A stretch of 64,000 nt of DNA. Source: an uncultured bacterium (GTDB taxonomy: Bacteria; Actinomycetota; Thermoleophilia; Solirubrobacterales; 70-9). The notes under the pieces were generated by a model. The model did no database searches. It saw only the letters and a program-made list of their open reading frames with translations, and was not told where the DNA came from. How positions within the stretch are numbered: the first letter of the stretch is position 1; every line of letters begins with the position of its first letter. Position numbers and translations under genes: made by a program. The DNA lies in the NCBI GenBank assembly GCA_963754045.1, contig CAVWEN010000002.1, positions 1,269,475-1,333,474 on the forward strand. Direction: 5' to 3'. Below are positions 48,194-59,434 of this stretch, in pieces.

Positions 48194-49144
48194 ATGGCAA
48201 GGCGCCAACTGACCCTGGATAACGCCGTCGCCGCCGAGCTGGCGGGATCGAACGACTCGGTCCTCCGCGAGTTGGAGGATCGGCTCGGCTGCGAACTGTT
48301 TCTTCGCGGCAACGTGCTCACGCTCGACGGTGCTGAGCCCGATGTGGGCCAGGCAACAAAGGTTGTCGACGAGCTCGTCGGCTTGGTCGAGCGCGGTCAC
48401 GAGATCGCGCCGACGACGATTGACTCGGTCGCCAGCGCCCTGGACGCAGGTAAGCCTGCGGCGACGATCCTCGAGGACGTGGTCTGGGCTCACCGCAACA
48501 CCCGGATCGCACCGAAGACCGCAAACCAGAAGCTCTACACGGACTCGATACGCGACCACACGATCACGTTCGGAATCGGCCCCGCCGGCACCGGCAAGAC
48601 CTTCCTTGCCGTCGCAGCAGCGGTTGCGGCCCTCGAGGGCGGTGACGTCTCGCGGATCATCCTGACCCGGCCCGCGGTCGAAGCCGGCGAACGCCTCGGC
48701 TTCCTGCCGGGCGACCTCCAGGCGAAGGTTGATCCCTACCTCCGCCCGCTGTTCGATGCGCTCTACAACATGCTCGATCCCGAGCGCGTTTCCACCTACT
48801 TCGAGCGCGGAGTGATCGAGGTTGCGCCGCTTGCCTTCATGCGGGGCCGCTCCCTGAACGACTCGTTCGTGATTCTCGACGAGGCGCAGAACACGAGCCC
48901 CGAACAGATGAAGATGTTTCTGACCAGGCTCGGCTTCAACTCAAAGATGGTCGTCACGGGTGACGTCACCCAGGTGGACCTGCCGCGCGACCAGCGCTCC
49001 GGTCTCGTCGTCGTCGGCGAGATCCTGGATGAGGTGCAGGACATCTCGTTCGTTCGATTCGGCGGCGAGGACGTTGTCCGCCATCAGCTCGTCCAGCAGA
49101 TCGTCGCGGCATACGGCGCGTATTCGGAGCGCTCGCCCGGTTGA
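48194..49144 (+). CDS. phoH: PhoH-family ATPase
   Basis: Walker [32 protein letters not shown]. Confidence 0.93.
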   Translation: MARRQLTLDNAVAAELAGSNDSVLRELEDRLGCELFLRGNVLTLDGAEPDVGQATKVVDELVGLVERGHEIAPTTIDSVASALDAGKPAATILEDVVWAHRNTRIAPKTANQKLYTDSIRDHTITFGIGPAGTGKTFLAVAAAVAALEGGDVSRIILTRPAVEAGERLGFLPGDLQAKVDPYLRPLFDALYNMLDPERVSTYFERGVIEVAPLAFMRGRSLNDSFVILDEAQNTSPEQMKMFLTRLGFNSKMVVTGDVTQVDLPRDQRSGLVVVGEILDEVQDISFVRFGGEDVVRHQLVQQIVAAYGAYSERSPG

Positions 49145-49503
49145 TCGACCTGACCGATGTCGAGCCCGATCTTCGCGGTCCGGTCCAGGCCGCCCTCGAT
49201 GCCGCCGGGGTGAGCGATGGACACCTGTCGCTTTCGTTGGTCGCCGCGGATCGCATTCGCGAGCTCAACCGCGCGCACCGCGGCTTCGACCGACCTACTG
49301 ACGTTCTCTCGTTTCCGATCGACGGATCCGGTGACGTCGCGGGCCCCCGCGAGTTGGGCGACGTTGTGATCTGCCCCGAGCACACCGAAGACCTGGCGGA
49401 GGCAGCCGTCCACGGCATCTTGCACCTCTGTGGTCACGACCACGAGCGCGATGATGGTGAGATGCTCGAGCTTCAGGAGCGGATTCTGGACGGCATGCGA
49501 TGA
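49141..49503 (+). CDS. ybeY: rRNA maturation endoribonuclease YbeY
   Basis: HGILHLCGHDH zinc motif. TTGA overlap with phoH. Confidence 0.92.
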   Translation: MIDLTDVEPDLRGPVQAALDAAGVSDGHLSLSLVAADRIRELNRAHRGFDRPTDVLSFPIDGSGDVAGPRELGDVVICPEHTEDLAEAAVHGILHLCGHDHERDDGEMLELQERILDGMR

Positions 49504-50399
49504 GCGAGCGCTCTGGCTTCGTCGGCCTCGCCGGCCGGCCCAACGTTGGCAAGTCGACGCTTGTGAACGCGATCGTGGGGCGGAAGGTGGCGATCATCTC
49601 GGATCGCCCACAGACGACCCGCAGGGCAATCCGGGGCGTTGCAACCGACGAGCAGGCGGGTTGGCAGATGGTGATGGTCGACCTGCCCGGGGTCCAGCGC
49701 CCCCGCGACGCGCTGACTGAGCGCATGCAGCGCAGGGTCGAGCGCGAGCTGGCCGGCGCCGATGTCGCGCTGCTCGTCGTAAACGGCGAACAGGGAGTGG
49801 GACCGGGCGATCGCTTCATCGCCGACCTGCTCGCGAGGGCAGGTGCCGGTGCAGCCGTTCCGGTTGTGTGCGCGGTCAACAAGATGGATCAACTGAGCCG
49901 CGCCGAGACCCTGGACGTCCTGCAGGAAGCGGTGGCGCTCGCGCCGGTCGAGGAGGTTTATCCGATCAGCGCCAAGGTCGGAACGGGCCTCGACGCCCTA
50001 ATCGCCGAACTGGCCGGCCGCATGCCCGAGGGGCCATACCTCTACCCGACCGATAGCGACGCCGAGGTGAGCGACGTCCACCTGGCCGAGCTGATCCGCG
50101 AGCAGATACTGAGGCGCACGCACGCGGAGGTTCCTCACGCGGTCGAGGTGATCGTCGAGGACTCGGAACTCCGCGACGACGGCGTCTTCGAGGTGCGCGC
50201 CCAGGTCTGGGCGGAAAGTGAATCGCAAAAGGCGATCCTGATCGGCCGTGGCGGTCGCATGGTCAAGGAGGTCGGCACCGCGGCTCGCCAGGAGCTCGAG
50301 CGTGAGCTGGGCGGGCAGGTCTACCTGGATCTGAAGGTGCGGGTGCGGGAGCGCTGGCGACGCGACGACGGTCTCCTCGACAAACTGGGAATCGAGTGA
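49500..50399 (+). CDS. era: GTPase Era
   Basis: GRPNVGKSTL, DLPG, NKMD, C-terminal KH domain. ATGA overlap with ybeY. Confidence 0.95.
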   Translation: MSERSGFVGLAGRPNVGKSTLVNAIVGRKVAIISDRPQTTRRAIRGVATDEQAGWQMVMVDLPGVQRPRDALTERMQRRVERELAGADVALLVVNGEQGVGPGDRFIADLLARAGAGAAVPVVCAVNKMDQLSRAETLDVLQEAVALAPVEEVYPISAKVGTGLDALIAELAGRMPEGPYLYPTDSDAEVSDVHLAELIREQILRRTHAEVPHAVEVIVEDSELRDDGVFEVRAQVWAESESQKAILIGRGGRMVKEVGTAARQELERELGGQVYLDLKVRVRERWRRDDGLLDKLGIE

Positions 50400-50448
50400 G
50401 CGATTTGCCGCGAAACCAAGCTGAACCAAGTGCCCAAGGAATGATCGA

Positions 50449-50796
50449 GTGAGTAGTGGGCTTGCGATGCCGGAGGTTCGAACCAGTCGCGGTGGTGCGA
50501 TCGTGCTCTGTGTGGCGACCCTGTTCGCGGTCGTGATCTCACTCACGGTCGGCGGCTCGATCGAGGAGAGCCTTGGCTCGGAGGGCTTGGCGCTGGTAAT
50601 TCTGGCCACCTGGTGCCTGAGCGGCGCGATCGCGGGCATCGGCGGGATCGTCGACGCCTACGTGCGTCCCGAGGGCGAGGTGCTCGGCGTGGTCGTGAGT
50701 GTCGCCGCCACCGTCTTCAGCGTGCTCGCCGTGATCGTGGTGGTCGCCCTCGTCTTCACGATCGGCGACAGCTTCACCACCGAGTCCGAGACATAG
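50449..50796 (+). CDS. hypothetical three-TM membrane protein
   Basis: Hydrophobic helices with coding-like composition. No recognisable family. Confidence 0.5.
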   Translation: MSSGLAMPEVRTSRGGAIVLCVATLFAVVISLTVGGSIEESLGSEGLALVILATWCLSGAIAGIGGIVDAYVRPEGEVLGVVVSVAATVFSVLAVIVVVALVFTIGDSFTTESET

Positions 50797-50804
50797 ACCG
50801 CTCG

Positions 50805-50810
50805 TAGACT
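50805..50810 (+). promoter_or_regulatory. -10-like hexamer TAGACT, 6 nt before the hisIE ATG (leaderless geometry)
   Basis: TANNNT read directly. Confidence 0.35.
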
Positions 50811-50816
50811 CCGCGA

Positions 50817-51437
50817 ATGGACCCTGAGCAGGCAATTCGCTTCGACGAACGCGGCCTGGTGCCCTGCGTTGCGCAGGATTGGCGCACCGGGGAGGTGCTC
50901 ACCCTCGCCTACACGAACGCCGAGGCGCTGCGCTTGACGAAGGAGAGCGGCGAGCTCCATTTCTGGAGTCGCTCGCGTGAGGAGATCTGGAGGAAGGGCG
51001 CTACGTCGGGCAACACGCTCACGGTCCGCCAGCTCCGCCTGGACTGCGACGGCGATGCGATCGTCGCGCTCGTCGAGCCGGCCGGCCCCGCCTGCCATAC
51101 GGGCGAGCGCAGCTGTTTTCACCGCGCGCTGGAGAGCCTCGAGGCGCCGGCACCGGCTTTGCACGAAACGTTGGCCGCGCTCGAGCGCACGCTCGCGGCA
51201 CGCCAGGCCGAGCGGCCGGATGGTTCCTACACGGTCGAGTTGCTCGACGACCCGGCCCTGATCGGGTCGAAGGTGCGCGAGGAGGCCGAGGAGGTCTCAC
51301 GCGCTGCTGCCGACGAGTCTGATCAGCGGGTCGCCGAGGAGGCGGCCGACGTGCTCTACCACCTGGCCGTTCTCCTGCGCTCGCGAAACCTCTCGATCTC
51401 GGAAGCGTTCGAGGTGTTGGATGACCGCCGTGGCTGA
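50817..51437 (+). CDS. hisIE: bifunctional phosphoribosyl-AMP cyclohydrolase / phosphoribosyl-ATP pyrophosphatase
   Basis: HisI part (LVPCVAQD...HFWSRSR...CHTGERSCF) followed by HisE part (SYTVELLDD...EAADVLYHL). Confidence 0.92.
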   Translation: MDPEQAIRFDERGLVPCVAQDWRTGEVLTLAYTNAEALRLTKESGELHFWSRSREEIWRKGATSGNTLTVRQLRLDCDGDAIVALVEPAGPACHTGERSCFHRALESLEAPAPALHETLAALERTLAARQAERPDGSYTVELLDDPALIGSKVREEAEEVSRAAADESDQRVAEEAADVLYHLAVLLRSRNLSISEAFEVLDDRRG

Positions 51438-52821
51438 GCGCGCGCCCGTCGTTCCACTCGTCGAGACTTTCATCGACGACACGGAGACGCCCGTCTCCGC
51501 CTTCCTCAAGCTTCGTGCAGCGCTCGAAGGGCCCGCGTTCCTGCTTGAGTCGGCGGAGCAGGGCCGTCTCGGCCGCTGGTCCTTTCTCGGCTTCACGCCG
51601 CATGAGACGCTGCGCTGGTCGCTCGGCGACGAGGGCGATCCCTACGCCATCGCTTCCGAGCTGGTCCGCGCCTTCGACGTCACGCCCGCCGAGAGCGAGG
51701 GTCCTCCGTTCGCCGGTGGCGCCGTGGGCTTCTTCGGCTACGACCTCGTGCGGACCGTCGAGCCGCTAGACGATCCAAATCCCGATCCGCTGGGCCTGCC
51801 CGACATGGCGCTGATGGTGTGCGAGCTGATGGTCGTCTTCGACCACCAGCGCCACGAGATGAGCGTGATGGCGTTTCCGTTCGGCGAGAACTCCGATCCC
51901 CAGGCGGGCGTGGACGCGGTTCGCGCCGCCCTGCGCGAGCCCGTTCCGGCCGTGCCCGAGGCGCCGAATCGCGAGGCTCCACAGTTCGAGTCGAACCTCA
52001 CGCGTTCGGAGTTCGAGGCAAATGTCACCCGGATCATCGAGTACGTCCACGCCGGCGACGCGTTCCAGGTGGTGCCGTCGCAGCGCTTCTCGGCGCCGTC
52101 GCCGGTGGAGGCGTTCTCGATCTACCGCGGACTGCGCACCGTCAACCCCTCGCCATATATGTACTTCCTCGACTTCGGCGACTTCCAGCTGGCGGGCGCC
52201 TCACCCGAGCCACTAGTGACCGTCAACGGCGACCGCGTGGAGACGCGGCCCATAGCCGGGACCTATCCGCGTGGCGCGACGCCCGAGGAGGATCGCCGCA
52301 ACGCCGAGGCGTTGCTGGAGGACCCGAAGGAGCGGGCCGAGCACACGATGCTGGTGGACCTGGGACGCAACGACCTGGGTCGCGTTTGCGAGTACGGCAG
52401 CGTGAGCGTGGACGAGCTGATGATCGTGGAGACCTACTCCCACGTCCTCCACATCGTCTCGCAGGTCTCGGGCACGTTGCGGGAGGGCATCGGTGCGACC
52501 GATGCTTTGCGTGCGGTCCTGCCCGCGGGCACCCTCTCGGGCGCGCCGAAGGTGCGGGCCATGCAGATCATCGACGAGCTCGAGCCCCACAAGCGCTGCT
52601 CCTACGGGGGTGCGATCGGCTACCTGGGTTTCGACGGCGATCTCGATACGGCGATCCACATCCGCACCGTCGTCGTCAAGGACGGCGTCGCCCACGTGCA
52701 GGCTGGAGGCGGCACCGTCGCCGATGCGAACGCCGCGAGGGAGTTCGAGGAGTCCGTGAACAAGGCCAAGGCCGTGTTCCGGGCGATCGAGCTGGCGGCC
52801 GCACAGGAGGACTGGGCATGA
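51421..52821 (+). CDS. trpE: anthranilate synthase component I
   Basis: [14 protein letters not shown], chorismate-binding core ([21 protein letters not shown]). 17-nt overlap with hisIE. Confidence 0.95.
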   Translation: MTAVAERAPVVPLVETFIDDTETPVSAFLKLRAALEGPAFLLESAEQGRLGRWSFLGFTPHETLRWSLGDEGDPYAIASELVRAFDVTPAESEGPPFAGGAVGFFGYDLVRTVEPLDDPNPDPLGLPDMALMVCELMVVFDHQRHEMSVMAFPFGENSDPQAGVDAVRAALREPVPAVPEAPNREAPQFESNLTRSEFEANVTRIIEYVHAGDAFQVVPSQRFSAPSPVEAFSIYRGLRTVNPSPYMYFLDFGDFQLAGASPEPLVTVNGDRVETRPIAGTYPRGATPEEDRRNAEALLEDPKERAEHTMLVDLGRNDLGRVCEYGSVSVDELMIVETYSHVLHIVSQVSGTLREGIGATDALRAVLPAGTLSGAPKVRAMQIIDELEPHKRCSYGGAIGYLGFDGDLDTAIHIRTVVVKDGVAHVQAGGGTVADANAAREFEESVNKAKAVFRAIELAAAQEDWA

Positions 52822-53381
52822 GAGTCCTCGTGATCGACAACTACGACTCCTTCACCTACAACCTCGTCCAGTACCTGGGCGAGCTCGGCGCGGAGCTCGA
52901 CGTCGTTCGTAACGACCAGGCTGACGTGAGCGAGCTGCTGGACCGTAAGCCCGAGCGGCTCGTGATCTCCCCAGGTCCATGTACGCCGGCTGAGGCCGGT
53001 GTCTCGCGCGAGGCCTCGAGGGCCTTTCCGGAGGCCGGAGTGCCGACGCTGGGCGTCTGCCTCGGTCACCAGGCGATGGTGGAGGCCTTCGGCGGGACGG
53101 TGGTTCGCGGCGACCCGATCCACGGGAAGGACGCTCAGATCGAGCACGATGGAAAGACGATCTTCGCCGGCATTGCCAGCCCGATGACCGCGGGCCGCTA
53201 CCACTCGCTGATCGCTCATCCCGACCTACCCGACGCTTTCGAGGTGAGTGCAACGCTCGGCGACGTGGTGATGGCCGTGCGCCATCGCGGGCTGCCCGCC
53301 GAGGGCGTCCAGTTTCACCCGGAGTCCATCCTCACCCCGGATGGGAAGGGCTTGCTCCGCAACTTCCTGGAGGGTGCGTGA
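52818..53381 (+). CDS. trpG: anthranilate synthase component II (glutamine amidotransferase)
   Basis: [40 protein letters not shown] overlap with trpE. Only the last 187 codons of the 520-aa ORF are real. Confidence 0.95.
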   Translation: MRVLVIDNYDSFTYNLVQYLGELGAELDVVRNDQADVSELLDRKPERLVISPGPCTPAEAGVSREASRAFPEAGVPTLGVCLGHQAMVEAFGGTVVRGDPIHGKDAQIEHDGKTIFAGIASPMTAGRYHSLIAHPDLPDAFEVSATLGDVVMAVRHRGLPAEGVQFHPESILTPDGKGLLRNFLEGA

Positions 53382-54409
53382 TGCCAAACGAGGTGCTCAC
53401 CCGCGCGATCGAATCCATCTGCTCGGGTACTCACCTGTCCTCCGACCACGCCTCGGCCGTGCTCGACGAGGTCATGGAGGGCCGGGCGAGCGAGGTTCAG
53501 ACTGCCGCCTTCCTGATCGCGCTGCGCGCGAAGGGGGAGACCGTCGCCGAGCTGACCGGGTTGGCCCGGACGATGCGCAGGCTTGCCGCATCGGTCGAGA
53601 CCGCCCGCGATGAGCTCGTCGATACGGCCGGGACCGGGGGCGGACCCTCGACCTTCAACATCTCAACCGCCGCGGCGCTGGTTGCGGCCGGCGCGGGATG
53701 CCCCGTGGCCAAGCACGGGAATCGCTCGAACACAAGCCGCTCCGGCTCGGCCGACCTGCTGGAGGCGCTCGGCGTCGGGATCGAGCTCAGCCCCGACTCG
53801 ATCGCGCGCTGTATCGACGAGGTGGGTTTCGGCTTCATGTTCGCCCCGCGCCACCACGCGGCGATGAAGCACGTGGCTCCCGCGCGCAAGGAGCTTGCGG
53901 TCCGGACCATCTTCAACTTCCTCGGGCCGCTCACCAATCCCGCCGGGGCCAGCCGCCAGCTTCTCGGTGTCTCCGACCGCCGCTATCAGGAAACGGTTGC
54001 CGAGGCGCTCTTGGCGCTGGGAACTGAACACGCCCTGGTGGTCTCCGCCGACGATGGCCTGGACGAGATCAGCATTGCGGGCCCCACCCGAATCGTCGAG
54101 GTCAAGGCAGGGGGGACAACCGAATGGTTCTGCACGCCGGACGAGCTTGGAATCGACGAAGCGCCGATCGAGGCGATCGCCGGTGGTTCACCCGAGGAGA
54201 ACGCGGCGGTGGTCCGCTCGGTGCTCGACGGATCGGAGTCCGGCCCCGCACTCGGAGTGGCGTTGGCGAACGCCGGCGCCGCGATCCTCGTGGGCGGCGG
54301 GGCAAAGGATCTGCCCGGGGCGGTCGTCCGGGCGCGTGAGACGGTCGAATCTGGCGCGGCAGCGGGTGTGCTCGCCGAGCTCATCGCCCTGACCGGTGAT
54401 CTAAGTTGA
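53378..54409 (+). CDS. trpD: anthranilate phosphoribosyltransferase
   Basis: [25 protein letters not shown]. Confidence 0.95.
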   Translation: MMPNEVLTRAIESICSGTHLSSDHASAVLDEVMEGRASEVQTAAFLIALRAKGETVAELTGLARTMRRLAASVETARDELVDTAGTGGGPSTFNISTAAALVAAGAGCPVAKHGNRSNTSRSGSADLLEALGVGIELSPDSIARCIDEVGFGFMFAPRHHAAMKHVAPARKELAVRTIFNFLGPLTNPAGASRQLLGVSDRRYQETVAEALLALGTEHALVVSADDGLDEISIAGPTRIVEVKAGGTTEWFCTPDELGIDEAPIEAIAGGSPEENAAVVRSVLDGSESGPALGVALANAGAAILVGGGAKDLPGAVVRARETVESGAAAGVLAELIALTGDLS

Positions 54410-54416
54410 GGTCCCA

Positions 54417-55208
54417 ATGAGCAGGCTTGACGAGCTGGTGAGCAGGACCCGCGAAGGGGTCCGCGAGCGCCGCGCCGAGACCCCGATCGAGGCGCTGGAG
54501 GTGCGGTTGTCGGCCCGAATGAGCGGCCGTCCGTTCAAGGAGGCCCTGGTGCGACCAGGTCTCTCCGTGATCGCCGAGTTCAAGCGACGCTCACCCAGCG
54601 CCGGGGAGATCAACGGGGCGGTGGATCTGGCCGGGCAGGTGGCAGCGTATGAGCGCGGGGGCGCCGCCGCCCTCTCGATCCTGACCGAGCCGACGGGATT
54701 CGGCGGTCACCTCGACGATCTTCGGGCTGCGCGCGCCGCCAGCGAGCTGCCGATCCTGCGAAAGGACTTCGTCGTGGACCCCTACCAACTCGTCGAGGCC
54801 GCGGTCAACGGAGCCGACGCCGTGCTGCTTATCGTCGCCGCCCTCTCCCCTGGCGAGCTGGGCGAACTGCACGCGCGAGCCGCGTCGCTCGACCTCGACT
54901 CGGTGGTCGAAGTGCACGACGAGGACGATCTCAGGGTCGCCCTGGAGCTCGACGCAGACGTGATCGGCATCAACAACCGCAACCTGCGCGACTTCGTCGT
55001 GGACGTGCAGACGACCGAGCGCTTAATCGTGGACGTTCCCGCGGGCAAGACGGTCGTCGCCGAATCGGGTTACGGGAGCCGCGAGGAGGTCGAGGAGCTG
55101 GAGCGCATCGGCGTCGACGCCGTTTTGATCGGCGAGGCCCTCATGCGCTCGGAGGATCCCGAGCAGGCCGTCCGTCACTTTCTTATCTCGCCTGAAGGAT
55201 CTCGTTAG
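54417..55208 (+). CDS. trpC: indole-3-glycerol phosphate synthase
   Basis: VIAEFKRRSPSAG, ILRKDFV, INNRNL. Confidence 0.95.
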   Translation: MSRLDELVSRTREGVRERRAETPIEALEVRLSARMSGRPFKEALVRPGLSVIAEFKRRSPSAGEINGAVDLAGQVAAYERGGAAALSILTEPTGFGGHLDDLRAARAASELPILRKDFVVDPYQLVEAAVNGADAVLLIVAALSPGELGELHARAASLDLDSVVEVHDEDDLRVALELDADVIGINNRNLRDFVVDVQTTERLIVDVPAGKTVVAESGYGSREEVEELERIGVDAVLIGEALMRSEDPEQAVRHFLISPEGSR

Positions 55209-55241
55209 CGACAGTTCAGGGACGGGCCCCAATCTCGCCGC

Positions 55242-56429
55242 ATGCATCACGTCAAGGCGTTCTTCACCCGTCCATTTGGTTCGGCCGCACTGGGCGGTCT
55301 CGTTGTCGGCCTGTTCGGCTGGATCGCGATTAGTGCAGGCTGGATCGAGGCATCGCCCGCCGAGGGCGCTGGCGAGCGCTCCGAGTTTGCTTCGACACCC
55401 GTCGCGGCTGCGGCTGGTGGCTTGAGCGTCAACGACATCTATCAGCGCACCTCGCCCGGGGTCGCACACATCGAGGCGAGCGGGGTCAATCTGCCCGCGG
55501 GCGCGGGCCCGTTCGGCCCCCCCGACCCCTCGCAGGCGGCGACCGGGTCGGGGTTCGTGATCGACGAGGAGGGTCACGTCGTGACCAATGCCCACGTCGT
55601 TGACGGCGCGGACGACATCGAGGTGCGACTGGGCGAGAGTGCCGAGAGCTATGAGGCCGAGTTGCTCGGCCAGGACGATTCGACCGACGTCGCGGTTCTG
55701 CGCATCGACGCCGGTGAGGATCAGCTCGAGCCACTCGCGCTCGGCCGGTCGTCGGGTCTTGAGGTGGGCGACGAGGTCGTCGCTATCGGCAATCCCTACG
55801 GGCTCGACAGCACCGCAACGGCGGGCATCGTCTCAGCGCTGCAGCGCGAGATCAGCGCGCCGAACGGCTTCACAATCAACAACGTGATCCAGACCGACGC
55901 GGCGATCAATCCGGGTAACTCAGGCGGGCCGCTGATCGATGGCGAGGGTGAGGTGGTGGGCGTGAACTCCCAGATCGAGTCGCCTGGTGGAGGCAACGTG
56001 GGGATTGGCTTCGCGGTGCCGATCGACACGACTCGCGAGATTGCCCAGCAGCTGATCGAGGATGGCAGCGTCGAGCACGCCTTCCTCGGACTGACGGGCG
56101 CCGACCTGACGCCCGCCCTCGCCCGGGCCATCAATCTCGACGCCGAGCGCGGAGCGCTGGTGCAGTCACTCGTGCCCGACTCACCGGCGGACGAGGCGGG
56201 GATCACGGCCGGCGATGCGGTGATCAACCTCGACGGACAGCGGGTTCGGGTTGGCGGCGATTTGATCCTCGCGATCGACGGAGAGGCTGTGAAGGACATG
56301 AGCGAGATCATCGCCAGGGTGGATTCCCGCAAGCCGGGCGAGACGATTGAGTTGACCCTTCTCCGCGCGGGCGATGAGCGCAGGGTCGAAGTCGAGCTCG
56401 GCGAGCGCCCGGCAACCGTGCGCGGCTGA
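55242..56429 (+). CDS. HtrA/DegP-like S1C serine protease with a PDZ domain and N-terminal membrane anchor
   Basis: TNAHVV, DVAVLRI, GNSGGPL catalytic triad context. C-terminal PDZ. Confidence 0.9.
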   Translation: MHHVKAFFTRPFGSAALGGLVVGLFGWIAISAGWIEASPAEGAGERSEFASTPVAAAAGGLSVNDIYQRTSPGVAHIEASGVNLPAGAGPFGPPDPSQAATGSGFVIDEEGHVVTNAHVVDGADDIEVRLGESAESYEAELLGQDDSTDVAVLRIDAGEDQLEPLALGRSSGLEVGDEVVAIGNPYGLDSTATAGIVSALQREISAPNGFTINNVIQTDAAINPGNSGGPLIDGEGEVVGVNSQIESPGGGNVGIGFAVPIDTTREIAQQLIEDGSVEHAFLGLTGADLTPALARAINLDAERGALVQSLVPDSPADEAGITAGDAVINLDGQRVRVGGDLILAIDGEAVKDMSEIIARVDSRKPGETIELTLLRAGDERRVEVELGERPATVRG

Positions 56430-56486
56430 CCGCCCCAACGCCCGCTCGCATTCGAAGCGCCCTGCCAGACTTGGCCGGGGTTATCG

Positions 56487-57266
56487 ATGCGAGTGAAGTT
56501 CTGCGGCATAACGAGGCTTGACGACGCCGAGCACGCGGCGCGCCTCGACGCGTGGGCGATCGGCCTGAACTACTGGGAGGGCAGCGTGCGCCGTTGCGAC
56601 CCCGAGGTGTCGGCCGAGATCGGTGCGGCGATGCACCGCCGGCTCGAGCTTGTGGGCGTGTTCGTGAACGCCTCGTTCGAGGAGATCGCCCTTGCCGTCG
56701 AACGCGACCGGCTCACGATGGTGCAGCTGCACGGTGAGGAGGGACTTGCGTTCTGCACGGAGGTGGGGCGGCGGACCGGCTGCAAGGTCATCAAAGCACT
56801 GCGGGTCCGCACCGGGGCCGATGTGGACACCGCTCGTGGCTACCGCGTCGACTTCCACCTGCTCGACGCTCACGAGGAGGGGATGCCCGGTGGCACGGGG
56901 CAGACGTTCGACTGGGAGCACCTGCGCCGCCGCGGCACGAGGGTGCCCCTGATCCTCGCGGGCGGGTTGGTGCCCGGCAATGTCGCAGAGGCCATTGACG
57001 CGGCCCACCCGTTCGCGGTGGACGTCGCGAGCGGCATCGAGTCGGCGCCGGGGATCAAGGATCACGCGCTGATGAGCGAGTTCGCGCGCGTTGCCGAGGA
57101 GGCCGGCGGCCCCACGCCTGTGAAGCCAGTCAGCGAACCGGATCGCTTCCGCGAGTCGCGCGAACGGGACGAGGAACGCCGCGCCGAGGAGGCCGAGGCG
57201 CGCCGAATCGAGGCCGGTGAGACCGCCGCCGAGGAAGCCGAGGCCGCTGAGGCCGAGATCCAATGA
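56487..57266 (+). CDS. trpF: phosphoribosylanthranilate isomerase with an approximately 55-aa acidic C-terminal extension
   Basis: VKFCGIT, VQLHG, LILAGGL. The tail is rich in E/A/R ([24 protein letters not shown]). Confidence 0.9.
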   Translation: MRVKFCGITRLDDAEHAARLDAWAIGLNYWEGSVRRCDPEVSAEIGAAMHRRLELVGVFVNASFEEIALAVERDRLTMVQLHGEEGLAFCTEVGRRTGCKVIKALRVRTGADVDTARGYRVDFHLLDAHEEGMPGGTGQTFDWEHLRRRGTRVPLILAGGLVPGNVAEAIDAAHPFAVDVASGIESAPGIKDHALMSEFARVAEEAGGPTPVKPVSEPDRFRESRERDEERRAEEAEARRIEAGETAAEEAEAAEAEIQ

Positions 57267-58444
57267 GCGCGATCGAGCAGAGGTTCGGCAAGTACGGCGG
57301 TCGGTTCGTTCCCGAGGTTCTGATGGAGGCGCTCGACGAGCTGACCGCGGCGTGGATCGAGGCGCGCGACGAGGATGACTTTCGTTCCGAGCTCGATCGC
57401 CTGCTGCGCGAGTTCGTAGGGCGGCCGACGCCCCTGTACCTAGCCGAGCGCCTGTCCGAGCGCGTGGGCCGCCGCGTCTACCTGAAACGCGAGGACCTCG
57501 CGCACACCGGCGCACACAAGATCAACAACGCGGTGGGGCAGGCTCTGCTCGCCGCCAGGATGGGCAAGCGACGCATCATCGCCGAGACGGGGGCGGGTCA
57601 GCACGGCGTCGCGACCGCCACCGCCTGCGCGCTGCTCGGCCTCGAATGCATCGTCTACATGGGTACCGAGGACATGCGCCGCCAGGCTCCGAATGTCGAG
57701 CGCATGCGCCTGCTGGGGGCAACGGTGGAGCCCGTCGAAGCCGGCGCCCGAACCTTGAAGGAGGCGGTGAGCGCCGCGATTCGCGATTGGGTCACGAACG
57801 TGCGGACCACCCACTACATCATCGGGTCGGCTGTGGGTCCGGCCCCGTTTCCCGTTCTCGTGCGCGATCTGCAACGGGTGATCGGCGACGAGGCCCGCGA
57901 GCAGACTCTCGCGGCCGAAGGTGCGCTTCCGGCCAGGGTTATCGCCTGTGTCGGCGGAGGCTCGAATGCGATCGGGACGTTCGCTGGATTCGTGGACGAC
58001 GACGCGGTCGAGCTGATCGGTGTCGAGGCCGCCGGGCGCGGCATCGAAACGGGGGAGCACGGTGCCTCGCTGGTCGCAGGGACCGACGGCGTGCTGCACG
58101 GCGCGTTCTCGTCCGTGCTCGCGGACGCCGAGGGCCAGATTCTCGAGGCCCACTCGATCTCTGCCGGCCTTGATTATCCGGGGTCGGGCCCCGAGCACGC
58201 GTACCTTCGCGACACAGGCCGAGCCCGCTACGTCGCGGTCACCGACGACGACGCGGTCCGCGCCTTCCGCGAGTTGGCGCGCCTGGAGGGAATCGTCCCT
58301 GCGCTCGAGCCTTCACACGCGATCGCGTGGCTGCTGGCCGACCAGGGAGCGCCGAATGGTGGGTACGACCTGTTGACCCTGAGCGGCCGTGGCGACAAGG
58401 ACCTCGCCGAAGTCACCGCGCGTCTCGCCGAGCTCAATGGCTGA
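57263..58444 (+). CDS. trpB: tryptophan synthase beta chain
   Basis: [16 protein letters not shown] (PLP lysine), GGGSNAIG. Confidence 0.97.
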   Translation: MSAIEQRFGKYGGRFVPEVLMEALDELTAAWIEARDEDDFRSELDRLLREFVGRPTPLYLAERLSERVGRRVYLKREDLAHTGAHKINNAVGQALLAARMGKRRIIAETGAGQHGVATATACALLGLECIVYMGTEDMRRQAPNVERMRLLGATVEPVEAGARTLKEAVSAAIRDWVTNVRTTHYIIGSAVGPAPFPVLVRDLQRVIGDEAREQTLAAEGALPARVIACVGGGSNAIGTFAGFVDDDAVELIGVEAAGRGIETGEHGASLVAGTDGVLHGAFSSVLADAEGQILEAHSISAGLDYPGSGPEHAYLRDTGRARYVAVTDDDAVRAFRELARLEGIVPALEPSHAIAWLLADQGAPNGGYDLLTLSGRGDKDLAEVTARLAELNG

Positions 58445-59246
58445 GGCTGGCGCGGCGCGGATCGTCGCCGCTTTCGAGAAGGCGCGTGGTGAGGGCCGGG
58501 CGGCGCTGATGCCCTACATGATGGGCGGCTACCCGAGCACGGAGACGGCGCTCGCAATCGCCGAGGCGTACCGCGCATCCGGCGCGGAGATCATCGAGCT
58601 GGGCGTCCCGTTCTCCGACCCGCTGGCCGACGGCCCGGCGATCCACACCGCTGCGACCGCCGCACTGGCAGCCGGCTCCGATTTCGATGGCGTCCTTGCC
58701 ATCGCCCGGAGCGTCGGCGCCGACGTGCCCACCGTGCTCATGGTCTACGCGAATATGGTGGTGCGCCGCGACCCGGCCGAGCTCGCGGGCGAGCTGGATG
58801 CGCACAACGTCGCGGGGGTGATCGTGCCGGACCTCCCGCCGGAGGAGGCGGGCCAGTTGATCGCCGCACTGCGCGAGCGCGGGCTCGCCTTCATCCCCCT
58901 GGTCGCCCCGACCACAAAGCCCGCGCGCCGCCGGGACATCGCGGCGGCAGCGGAGGGCTTCATCTACGTTGTCTCCGACACCCGTACCACCGGCGAGCGC
59001 GACTCGTTGCCTGCGGAGCTCGGCGAGTTGGTCGCCGCGACTAAGGAGGACTCCGCCGTGCCGGTTGCCGTTGGCTTCGGGATCGGGACCGCGGAGCAGG
59101 TTGCCGAGGTGGGCGGCATTGCGGATGGAGTGATCGTCGGCTCGCGCCTGGTGCGCGCTGTCACCGAGTCCGCGGGCGAGGCCGATGCCGTGACGGCCGT
59201 AAGCGAGTTCATTTCCGCCGCACGCGCTGCTCTGGCAGCCGGCTGA
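58437..59246 (+). CDS. trpA: tryptophan synthase alpha chain
   Basis: Start at MAEAGAARI, overlapping the trpB end. [14 protein letters not shown] motif. Confidence 0.93.
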   Translation: MAEAGAARIVAAFEKARGEGRAALMPYMMGGYPSTETALAIAEAYRASGAEIIELGVPFSDPLADGPAIHTAATAALAAGSDFDGVLAIARSVGADVPTVLMVYANMVVRRDPAELAGELDAHNVAGVIVPDLPPEEAGQLIAALRERGLAFIPLVAPTTKPARRRDIAAAAEGFIYVVSDTRTTGERDSLPAELGELVAATKEDSAVPVAVGFGIGTAEQVAEVGGIADGVIVGSRLVRAVTESAGEADAVTAVSEFISAARAALAAG

Positions 59247-59262
59247 GATAGGCTCCCGGCCG

Positions 59263-59424
59263 ATGCGACTGATGATGTTCAACGCCGTCGGGGCCATCCT
59301 GGCTGTGACCGCGTACGCGTTCAGCCTCGGCGGCACGCTGGCCGCGATGATCTACCTCTTCGTGCTTTTCAACGGTGTGCTGGATCGCTGGGCGCAGCCC
59401 ATGATCGAGCGCCTGCGCCCGTAG
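59263..59424 (+). CDS. possible 53-aa two-TM membrane protein
   Basis: ATG..TAG ORF below the track cutoff. MRLMMFNAVGAILAVTAYAFSLGGTLAAMIYLFVLFNGVLDRW... with coding-like GC3. TAGGCT hexamer 8 nt upstream. Confidence 0.4.
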   Translation: MRLMMFNAVGAILAVTAYAFSLGGTLAAMIYLFVLFNGVLDRWAQPMIERLRP

Positions 59425-59434
59425 CGCCCGAGGG

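Noticed and set aside
51300-51440. A tryptophan leader peptide or attenuator before trpE, and T-box leaders before valS and leuS.
   Set aside because: trpE overlaps hisIE by 17 nt, and the valS and leuS upstream spacers are only 114 and 34 bp with -10 hexamers next to the start codons. There is no room for such leaders.
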